The notes under the pieces were generated by a model. It searched no databases, was not told the DNA's origin, and was given only the letters and a program-made list of their open reading frames with translations. A DNA stretch of 64,000 nucleotides, taken from a bacterium (GTDB lineage Bacteria; Patescibacteriota; Minisyncoccia; Minisyncoccales; GWA2-46-15). The stretch spans positions 10,858 to 74,857 of the forward strand of contig JAUYAM010000001.1 in NCBI GenBank assembly GCA_030693425.1. Direction: 5' to 3'. Every line of letters starts with the position of its first letter. Positions within the stretch are counted from its first letter, which is position 1. A program made the translations under genes and the position numbers. Shown here one piece after another: positions 52,954 through 59,963 of the stretch.

Positions 52954-54471
52954 CTATACAACATAGTAGAAAACGTATGGCTCACCCGTTAAGCCGAACT
53001 CTAGTGGTGAAATCTTTACTTGTTTCGCCTTTGGATGTTCAAAGCTTATCCGGTACTCCGGCACAATCCACATTTTATGGGCGCCGTCAGCGAGACGAGA
53101 AACTACGGGCATCCCGTGGTTTAATAAAGCATTGGCAGTGACGTCAAAGACAATTCTCGCCGCCTTATCGGTAATGCAAGCATCAATGAAGTCATTCACG
53201 CCCAAGATACGGGAAAAGATTCTTGCTCTTTTTCGATAGGCCAAAAGCTTTGCCATAGCGACGGCTGTAATCTCCGCCTTCCGCCACAAATCTTCTCCCA
53301 TCATGAGCCGAAGGGCCTGATAGTTCCTATCTCGTCTAATATAAAGGTCAGCCATCACGTCCATTTGAAGCATATCTGGCAGACTGCAGGCGACAGCGTA
53401 AGTTTGGTCGAAATCTACACCGACGTTAATTGCTTCTACCTCCTTTACTGGAAAAAGGTCTGGCTTCAATTCGACAACCTCGACTGGCGCCCCAAGCGCA
53501 GAGAAAAGTTTCCTACAGATAGAAAGCATCTGCATCACGCTTGCCGGCTCAAGCCCTGTTAGTGAAGCAAAAAGCGTCGCTTCATCAAAGATCACAACCC
53601 TCAACCCTGGCTCATAAATCGTCTTCACTTTCTCGTTGATCAAAGCGAAGAAAAAAGCGAGATATAGCCAAGCGAGTGTTGGAAAGGCAATGACCTCCTT
53701 GAACTTTAATGGGTTAGGAATTCTTGTGCCGATAGCAAAGGAAAGCGTGATTGGTACGGGTTGATTGCGACGCACATAGGTTTTGATAATATTAGCGAGC
53801 CGCGCCAACTCTGCTGCCGGAACTTCAATCTTTTCTTCCGTGTGGGCGATGATAATCCTCAGAATGCCTTCGGCGACACTTCCCCGAGACGGTGAGTAAC
53901 CGGCCATTTTAATTGACAACAAAGATCGGTAAAACCCAATCTCTTTTTCTATTGTTGTCATTCCAGAAGCTATATCGGGCAATGTCAGCTGTAACGGCTT
54001 GGATGCCGCCGCTATTTTTTCCAGGGCCTTAGACAAATCTGCCTGGAAACGACGGGAAGAAAGGTCTAATTTTCTTTTATCGTCTCCGACGGAAATAACC
54101 GCTGACATACCCTCAATATCTACTTTGATTATCTTGGCAAAAGCTGACCAGGGATAATGAGTAGAAGCCACCATCTTCTCAGGGATGGTTTTAACGAGGC
54201 TATGAGGATCGTAAATCCACGCCACCGATTCTTTGATTGTTTCTAAATCTCCTGGCCCTTCGCCTACTTTTATCAGGCGACAGTTAAAACCGATTTGCTG
54301 AAATGCTCCGATGAGATTTTCTGGAACGGCTAAGGTGACTCCCGCCTCACCTAAATCAATAATCATTCTCCAGTATTCATCTTTTTCGGCTCTTTCCAGA
54401 ATTTCCAAGGCAATTGTTTCCGGGAGCTTATCGTTTAATACAAATCCCTTAGGGTTGACAACAACGTTCAT
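52954..54471 (-). CDS. Divergent PvcA/Dit1-like protein with a roughly 230-aa N-terminal extension
   Basis: ITLSFAIGTRIPNPLKFKEVIAFPTLAWLYLAFF...IYEPGLRVVIFDEATLF and ITDKAARIVFDV...LNHGMPVVS show the same block order as the downstream paralog. SD AAAGGAGAG. Confidence 0.45.
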   Translation of the reverse strand: MNVVVNPKGFVLNDKLPETIALEILERAEKDEYWRMIIDLGEAGVTLAVPENLIGAFQQIGFNCRLIKVGEGPGDLETIKESVAWIYDPHSLVKTIPEKMVASTHYPWSAFAKIIKVDIEGMSAVISVGDDKRKLDLSSRRFQADLSKALEKIAAASKPLQLTLPDIASGMTTIEKEIGFYRSLLSIKMAGYSPSRGSVAEGILRIIIAHTEEKIEVPAAELARLANIIKTYVRRNQPVPITLSFAIGTRIPNPLKFKEVIAFPTLAWLYLAFFFALINEKVKTIYEPGLRVVIFDEATLFASLTGLEPASVMQMLSICRKLFSALGAPVEVVELKPDLFPVKEVEAINVGVDFDQTYAVACSLPDMLQMDVMADLYIRRDRNYQALRLMMGEDLWRKAEITAVAMAKLLAYRKRARIFSRILGVNDFIDACITDKAARIVFDVTANALLNHGMPVVSRLADGAHKMWIVPEYRISFEHPKAKQVKISPLEFGLTGEPYVFYYVV

Positions 54472-54512
54472 CTCAAACTCTCCTTTCTTTTGTATAGAGA
54501 TTTTAAAAGAAC

Positions 54513-54537
54513 TAAAAACTGGTCTCCGCGAGACCAG
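54513..54537 (-). terminator. Attenuator terminator A
   Basis: Minus-strand RNA CUGGUCU-CGCGG-AGACCAG followed by UUUUU. It lies 41 nt upstream of the 505-aa gene ATG. Confidence 0.65.
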
Positions 54538-54572
54538 TTGTAGAGAGTTGAAAGGATTTTTCCTAAGAAGAG

Positions 54573-54686
54573 TTAATCATTATCCTCTCCACGCCCCAAA
54601 GCTGGCCTCGTGGAAATAAAAGGATAATAAAACCAAAAACTAATTTGATTTAACTCTTTATTTGGTTTTCTTATTTTTTTAGCCAT
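54573..54686 (-). CDS. Aromatic-codon micro-ORF P2 (candidate leader peptide)
   Basis: MAKKIRKPNKELNQISFWFYYPFISTRPALGRGEDND. The decoy CGAGGCCAG (54610-54602) mimics the 3' arm of terminator A (GAGACCAG). Confidence 0.5.
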   Translation of the reverse strand: MAKKIRKPNKELNQISFWFYYPFISTRPALGRGEDND

Positions 54687-54703
54687 AATTGCGTTTGTTT
54701 GAA

Positions 54704-54728
54704 TTAAAAAAAGGCCTCTGGGGAGGCT
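54704..54728 (-). terminator. Terminator following micro-ORF P3
   Basis: Minus-strand RNA GCCUC-CCCA-GAGGC followed by CUUUUUUU. Confidence 0.55.
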
Positions 54729-54760
54729 TCTTCTGTCTATCGTTATTGGTTTTTAGAGAA

Positions 54761-54844
54761 TTAACGCACAGTCAAAAGATTGCCTCCCGCGAGGGTTAAA
54801 AAGTAGGAATAAAACCAAAATTTTGCGGTCGCAATCTTCTTCAT
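54761..54844 (-). CDS. Aromatic-codon micro-ORF P3 (candidate leader peptide)
   Basis: MKKIATAKFWFYSYFLTLAGGNLLTVR. An in-frame upstream ATG at 54859 lies inside the predicted -10 box. The decoy GGGAGGC (54788-54782) is complementary to GCCUCCC of its own terminator. Confidence 0.45.
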   Translation of the reverse strand: MKKIATAKFWFYSYFLTLAGGNLLTVR

Positions 54845-54857
54845 ATTGGATATTATC

Positions 54858-54886
54858 ATTTAACCACTTATCAAAGTTCTTGTCAA
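54858..54886 (-). promoter_or_regulatory. Candidate promoter of the locus
   Basis: Read on the minus strand: TTGACA (54886-54881), 17 nt spacer, TTAAAT (54863-54858). Confidence 0.4.
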
Positions 54887-54897
54887 GGACAAGCAAG

Positions 54898-54917
54898 AAA
54901 AAATCCCCCGCCGGATC
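54898..54917 (-). terminator. Weak terminator after the 45-aa basic peptide gene
   Basis: Minus-strand RNA GAUCC-GGCGG-GGAUU followed by UUUUC. Confidence 0.35.
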
Positions 54918-54944
54918 TCCTAACGAGGGATTCTTTTCTACTTC

Positions 54945-55082
54945 CTATTTTGTTTTTTTGGACGAACCGTTTTCGATCCGCCAAGTTTTCCAAAATTGCC
55001 GCCACCAGCGCCTTTTTCCCTTCCTGCTGGTAGCTGGACAGATACTTCTTTTACCCGGACCACGAAAAGGGTTTCTTGCCAT
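54945..55082 (-). CDS. 45-aa highly basic Trp-rich peptide
   Basis: SD CTGGAGGAAAG precedes the ATG. MARNPFRGPGKRSICPATSRKGKRRWWRQFWKTWRIENGSSKKTK. The N-terminal M-x-R-x-x-F-R-G matches the RWxFRGRCTF peptides. Confidence 0.5.
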   Translation of the reverse strand: MARNPFRGPGKRSICPATSRKGKRRWWRQFWKTWRIENGSSKKTK

Positions 55083-55196
55083 TTTACTTTCCTCCAGAAA
55101 ATTGAATTTTAAAAGGACTGTCTCGGGCTTTTGGGCCGAGATTGGCCGCCAGTCGCTTCCTCGACGGCCAATGTCCGAACTGAAAACCCGAGGACT

Positions 55197-55221
55197 AAAA
55201 AACCCTGGCTGCAGGCCAGGG
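55197..55221 (-). terminator. Strong intrinsic terminator
   Basis: Hairpin CCCTGGC-N5-GCCAGGG at 55203-55221, followed on the minus strand by TTTTTT. Confidence 0.8.
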
Positions 55222-55253
55222 GGTTGGAACTAAGATATGGTAGATTTATGGTT

Positions 55254-55346
55254 TCAAGATTTCCTAATTAAACCCTCTGGCCTTTGTCCAAGGTTAATGA
55301 CCAAAAGATTAATAGTTAAATTTAATCCGCGAAAACTTTCTGACAT
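55254..55346 (-). CDS. 30-aa ORF inside a short promoter-to-terminator unit (or a small RNA)
   Basis: MSESFRGLNLTINLLVINLGQRPEGLIRKS. No SD. Begins about 9 nt after the predicted transcription start. Confidence 0.3.
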   Translation of the reverse strand: MSESFRGLNLTINLLVINLGQRPEGLIRKS

Positions 55347-55361
55347 AGTTTTGTAATTCTC

Positions 55362-55389
55362 ATCATAGCCAATCAAAACCTATTGTCAA
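55362..55389 (-). promoter_or_regulatory. Sigma70-like promoter immediately after the metG stop
   Basis: Read on the minus strand: TTGACA (55389-55384), 16 nt spacer, TATGAT (55367-55362). Confidence 0.5.
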
Positions 55390-55394
55390 GAGCG

Positions 55395-56951
55395 CTATGC
55401 CTCTATTTTCGGGAAAAGCGGGCCTGGGTTTTTGATTTCTGTCCCGGGTTTAATGTTAGTCCAGCTATCCTTGTTTAAAGGATTTTTAACCAATATTTTT
55501 TGGATGCCCAAAGCCTCAGCGATTTTTCGGCTCGTCTCCGGTAAAAATGGGTATATTTGCCAGGCAACCTGATGTAAAGAATCCAAAAGCCCGTACAAAA
55601 CCCAATTTAAGTCCTCTTGTTTCCCCTCCTTGGCCAAAACCCAAGGCTTTTGTTGGTCAATATATTTGTCCGCCTCGCTGATAAACCGCCAGACAGCAGC
55701 TAAAGCGTCGTTAAACCGGTATTCAGCCATGTTTTTATCTAAATCCGCCCAACTCTTTTTCCAATTATAGATATTTTCATCAATCCTTAATGGATGGCTG
55801 TCTGGGTCTCGGTTAACTTTAGGAACTTTCCCGCCGCAGTAGTTCTTCACCATTGTCAGAACTCGGGAAACAAGGTTGCCCAAGCCGTTGGCCAAATCAG
55901 CGTTATAAACCTCTTTCAGCTTGCTCTCGGAGAAATCTCCATCTTCAAACGGAGAAACTTTAGCTAAGAGATAATAACGGATAACGTCGGCGCCATATTT
56001 TTCGATAATCGGGGCCGGATCAATAACCGTTGATGGGTCGGACTTACTTATCTTTTTCCCGTCAACTGTCAGATAACCATGGATTAAGACGCATTTAGGA
56101 AGAGGAAGTCCGGCCGAGAGTAAAAAAGCTGGCCAATAGACGGCGTGAAACCGGCTGATTCCTTTCCCAATGACATGAACATCCGCCGGCCACCACTTCT
56201 GGTACATCTCTTCATCCCAGCCAAAACCAATGCCGCTTTGATAAATATTTAAAGCGTCCATCCAGACGTAGATTTTTTGAGACGGATCTCCCGGCACCGG
56301 CACGCCCCAATCCTTCGCTCTTTCATTGGACCGGGAAATAGAAATATCAGAAAGACCGCTTTTCAGAAAACTTAGCACCTCGTTCTTTCTGAACTCAGGT
56401 ACGATTTTAAGATCTCCGTCCTCAATAAGCTGGACGATCTTATCTTGATATTTTGAAAGCGCAAAGAAATAGTTCTCTTCTTCCACCTGATCAAGTTTTT
56501 TGCCGCCATGCTCGGGACATTCGCCTTTTTCATTTAAATCCTCTGGAGTGTAAAAAGCTTCGCAGCCAACGCAATAAAGTCCCTTATATGGTTTTTTATA
56601 GATATCCCCGTTTTGAGCGCACCGTTCCCAAAGTTTTTGGCTCGAGAGAAAATGATGGTTCTGATCACTGCCTTTCTGCCAGACATTAAACTCGCCGTTT
56701 AATTTTATTGCTAGTTGCCGAAAGGCTTCCGTATTTTCGTCAATAAATTCCTTGAGCGGCCGGCCGGCTTTCTCTGCCGCCTGAACATTTTTCAGAGCGT
56801 TTTCATCCCCGCCGGAAAGAGATAACCCTTCCTCGCCTAAAAGCTGATGATACCTTTTAAGCGCATCAACCTGAACGAATTCCAACGCATGCCCAGTATG
56901 GGGCTTGGAATTTGCGTAAGGTATTGCAGCGGTAATATAGAATTTATTCAT
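55395..56951 (-). CDS. metG: Methionyl-tRNA synthetase
   Basis: IPYANSKPHTGHALE (HIGH-type), Cys knuckles, KISKSD (KMSKS). Confidence 0.95.
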   Translation of the reverse strand: MNKFYITAAIPYANSKPHTGHALEFVQVDALKRYHQLLGEEGLSLSGGDENALKNVQAAEKAGRPLKEFIDENTEAFRQLAIKLNGEFNVWQKGSDQNHHFLSSQKLWERCAQNGDIYKKPYKGLYCVGCEAFYTPEDLNEKGECPEHGGKKLDQVEEENYFFALSKYQDKIVQLIEDGDLKIVPEFRKNEVLSFLKSGLSDISISRSNERAKDWGVPVPGDPSQKIYVWMDALNIYQSGIGFGWDEEMYQKWWPADVHVIGKGISRFHAVYWPAFLLSAGLPLPKCVLIHGYLTVDGKKISKSDPSTVIDPAPIIEKYGADVIRYYLLAKVSPFEDGDFSESKLKEVYNADLANGLGNLVSRVLTMVKNYCGGKVPKVNRDPDSHPLRIDENIYNWKKSWADLDKNMAEYRFNDALAAVWRFISEADKYIDQQKPWVLAKEGKQEDLNWVLYGLLDSLHQVAWQIYPFLPETSRKIAEALGIQKILVKNPLNKDSWTNIKPGTEIKNPGPLFPKIEA

Positions 56952-57660
56952 CTTTTCTAACTTTTTGATTGCTAAGAATAATCACGAATTCTCCTCTTAA
57001 ATCCTGGCCTTTCATCTTATCAAGAACTTCTGAAATTGTCCCTCGATAAGTTTTTTCGAACATTTTGGTCAGCTCCTGACAAACCACCAAACGAGTATTT
57101 AGTATTTGGTATTTGGTATTTAGTATACTATTCAACTCCTCTAGGGTTCTTAAAATCCGATGGGATGACTCGTATAAAACTACCGGGTACTTTGATTCTA
57201 AAACTTCTTTAAAAAATCTTTGCCTTTTATTCTTTGCTGGCGGAAAACCCAGGAATAAAAACTTGTCCATCGGGAAGCCGCAGACGCTGGCCGCCGCGGC
57301 CAAAGCCGAGGGGCCAGGGATCGACACTATTGCCACTTTATCACTTAATGACTCAGCCACTTCTCTCACTAACTTATTGCCCGGATCTGAAATCCCGGGA
57401 GTGCCGGCGTCGGAAACCAAGGCTAAGTTTTTCCCTCTCTCCAAAAGCTTAAGGATAGAATCAACTTTCTGCAATTGGCTGTGCTGATGATAACTCAAAA
57501 CCGGCGTTCTAATGTTGTAATGGTTTAAAAGTTTTTTGGTTACCCTCGTGTCTTCAGCCAAAATCAAATCAGCTCCCTTTAATACTTCGATGGCGCGGGA
57601 GCCGATATCCTGCAAATTACCGATAGGAGTAGCGACAATGTATAAAATTGCAAATTTCAA
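56944..57660 (-). CDS. rsmI: 16S rRNA (cytidine1402-2'-O)-methyltransferase RsmI
   Basis: LYIVATPIGNLQDI, SDAGTPGISDPG, ELTKMFE. TTG start lying inside a heptamer repeat. Confidence 0.9.
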   Translation of the reverse strand: MKFAILYIVATPIGNLQDIGSRAIEVLKGADLILAEDTRVTKKLLNHYNIRTPVLSYHQHSQLQKVDSILKLLERGKNLALVSDAGTPGISDPGNKLVREVAESLSDKVAIVSIPGPSALAAAASVCGFPMDKFLFLGFPPAKNKRQRFFKEVLESKYPVVLYESSHRILRTLEELNSILNTKYQILNTRLVVCQELTKMFEKTYRGTISEVLDKMKGQDLRGEFVIILSNQKVRKDE

Positions 57661-57679
57661 ATTTCAAATTTCAAATTTA
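57652..57679. repeat. Heptamer tandem repeat (AAATTTC x4) spanning a gene junction
   Basis: aaatttcaaatttcaaatttcaaattta covers the stop of the AI-2E gene (57677) and the start of rsmI (57660). Confidence 0.9.
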
Positions 57680-58693
57680 CGAAGAAAATTCTTTTTTCTT
57701 TTTCAGAAAATCTCGTAAAAACTCGAGTAAAATCCCGAGTAAAGGAATCCCCAAAATCGCTCCCCACATCCCGCCGAGGACTCCGCCGACCGCCAAAGAT
57801 ATTAGAACTAAAGAGGGAGATAGGCCGATGAATTTTTTACTTAGAACGGGAGTTAAAATACTTCCTTCAATTTGCTGGATTAAAATAAAAATAATTATTG
57901 CTAAAACTGCTTTTACTGGGCTTGTCAAAACGAGAAGGACAAAAATAAAAATGCCAATTATAAATGGCCCGACAAACGGAATAAAATTAGAAAGAAACGC
58001 CAAAATTCCAAAAGAGAAAGGATAGTTTGCGCCTAAAACCAAAAGGGCAATATATGTCAAGACGCCGACAAACAAAGAGCTGGCGACTCTGGTGAGAAAC
58101 CAGCCGCTGACCCTTTTTTGGCATCTTTTCCAAAGATCCAAAGCCACGTTTTCAAACTCCGCTGGAAAGAACAGGGAAAACGACTTTTCGAAAGCCCGCT
58201 CCTCCAAAGACAGAAAAAAGCCTAAAGAAATAATGAAAATTGTCGTGAAAATCCCCCCAAAAATAGAAAAGAGGGCACTGAAAATGTTTTCGGCGACCCG
58301 GGAAAGAGTTCTTTCCGCCAGGTCAATAAAGTTCTCAAAGTTCTCAAAGCCTGCAACCCCCAGACCTCTGAGAGAAGGAGAAATTTTCTCAAAATACTCG
58401 GGGAAACCTTCGGAGAAATGATGGACTTCCACTATCATCAAGGGGGCGAAAATGTAGATCGAAACGGCAAAAACGCCAAAAACCAGGGAATAGACGATGA
58501 CCGCAGCAATCGTTCTCGGAACCTTTTTGCCCTGGAGATACTCGATCAGGGGATTGAATAAAAGAGAGATCACTAAAGCAAAAAGCACCCAGATCAAAAT
58601 CTCCTTCACCTGATAAAGAATGTAAATCGAAACTGCCAAAAATCCTATCTTAAAAATTGTTTCCCAGGAAAACTCGAAAGTGACTTTTTCCAT
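57677..58693 (-). CDS. AI-2E/PerM-family (UPF0118) transporter
   Basis: 338 aa with about 8 TM helices and the typical C-terminal ILGIPLL segment. Confidence 0.8.
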   Translation of the reverse strand: MEKVTFEFSWETIFKIGFLAVSIYILYQVKEILIWVLFALVISLLFNPLIEYLQGKKVPRTIAAVIVYSLVFGVFAVSIYIFAPLMIVEVHHFSEGFPEYFEKISPSLRGLGVAGFENFENFIDLAERTLSRVAENIFSALFSIFGGIFTTIFIISLGFFLSLEERAFEKSFSLFFPAEFENVALDLWKRCQKRVSGWFLTRVASSLFVGVLTYIALLVLGANYPFSFGILAFLSNFIPFVGPFIIGIFIFVLLVLTSPVKAVLAIIIFILIQQIEGSILTPVLSKKFIGLSPSLVLISLAVGGVLGGMWGAILGIPLLGILLEFLRDFLKKKKEFSS

Positions 58694-58694
58694 G

Positions 58695-59963
58695 TTAAAT
58701 TCTCTTAAGAACTCTTAAAATCTTTTCCTTGTCCTTACAAGGGCCGATCAAGGCCAAATTTAGCTTTTGCGGCTGGAAAAACTCTCTGGCAACTTTAAGA
58801 ATATCATCTGGAGTGATTTTGGCAATCTTTTGCCATTTTTGATCAGGGCTCAAGACTTCTCCTCCGAGAATCTCTTGAAGGCCATAAAAAGAAGCGAAGT
58901 CGTCGGAAGTCTCCAGCCCAAGTTTTAAGCGCCCTCGCAGATTCTCTTTGATTTTTGTCAGCTCCTGCCCGGATATTTTTTCTGTCTTGAGTTTTTGGTA
59001 CTGTCTGCAAATAATTTTGACCGCTTCTAAAACTTTCTCATTATTAAGGCCGGCGTGGGTTACCAGATAGCCGGTATCGGTATAGTGCTCAGAAAAAGTC
59101 CGCAGATAGTAGGCCAAGCCTCTTTTTTCCCTGACCTCGACGAAAAGCCGAGAGCTCATCATTCCCCCCAGCAAAGCCGAAATTACGGCCAGAGGATACT
59201 TTTTTGGCGAAAAAGCATCCACCGTCCTGACTCCAAGGCAAAGGTGCGTCTGATCGGTCTTCTTATAATGCAAAAGCACCTCGGACTCTTTTTGATTCTC
59301 TTTGGCAGAAAGCTTTTCTTTTCCTCGTGTTTTGTCCAAAACAGAAAATCTTTTTTCGATCCCCCGCCTGACCTCATCTTCCTTCAGATTTCCGGCGACA
59401 ACGACAGTTGAGTTTTTGGCGACAAAAGAATCCCGAAGGTGGCGAAAAAGGTCTTTTCTGGAAATCAAGCCGACGGTCTCTTTCGTGCCGATGGTCAGCC
59501 AGCCGGCCGGCTGATCCCCGTACAAAAGCTTTTCCCAAAGGTCGAGAACCAATGTCTGGGAATCGTCTTCTCTCATATTGATTTCCTCGACGACGACTTT
59601 CTTCTCCTTGGCAATTCCGTCTTCCTTGAACAAAGGGCTGATTACCATATCGGCTAAGATATCTACCGCCAAAGAAAAGTTCTCGGTTCCAACTTTGATA
59701 ACGATTCCTAAGATTTCCTTGTCGGTGAAAGCGTTGTAGAAGCCTCCGATCTGGTCTAGCTCTTGGGAGATGCTGGTTGGCTTCGGCCATTTCCTTGTTC
59801 CCCGGAAAAGCAAATGTTCAAGCAGGTGGGAAATGCCATTTAGGTCTTTAGTTTCGTATTTGGAACCAGCCCTCGCCAAAAACAAAATCGTTGCCGCTTC
59901 GGTGCTCTTCATTGGATAGAACAAAACCCTAAGGCCGTTTGGAAGAAGTACTCTTTTTAGCAT
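58695..59963 (-). CDS. M16-family zinc peptidase
   Basis: LPNGLRV start and the GISHLLEHLLFRGT (HxxEH) motif. The start was set to ATG 59963, which overlaps the glyQS end by 35 nt. Confidence 0.85.
   Translation of the reverse strand: MLKRVLLPNGLRVLFYPMKSTEAATILFLARAGSKYETKDLNGISHLLEHLLFRGTRKWPKPTSISQELDQIGGFYNAFTDKEILGIVIKVGTENFSLAVDILADMVISPLFKEDGIAKEKKVVVEEINMREDDSQTLVLDLWEKLLYGDQPAGWLTIGTKETVGLISRKDLFRHLRDSFVAKNSTVVVAGNLKEDEVRRGIEKRFSVLDKTRGKEKLSAKENQKESEVLLHYKKTDQTHLCLGVRTVDAFSPKKYPLAVISALLGGMMSSRLFVEVREKRGLAYYLRTFSEHYTDTGYLVTHAGLNNEKVLEAVKIICRQYQKLKTEKISGQELTKIKENLRGRLKLGLETSDDFASFYGLQEILGGEVLSPDQKWQKIAKITPDDILKVAREFFQPQKLNLALIGPCKDKEKILRVLKRI

Noticed and set aside
51100-54690. T-box riboswitches as the explanation for the conserved leaders.
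   Set aside because: I could not find the T-box consensus (GGUGGNACCGCG-like) or a Stem I/specifier architecture. The leaders are short (about 100-150 nt) and dominated by a translatable aromatic codon run.
54823-55233. A 136-aa plus-strand ORF.
   Set aside because: It has no recognisable domains and no SD. The opposite strand carries SD-preceded small ORFs, terminators and a promoter that explain the region better.
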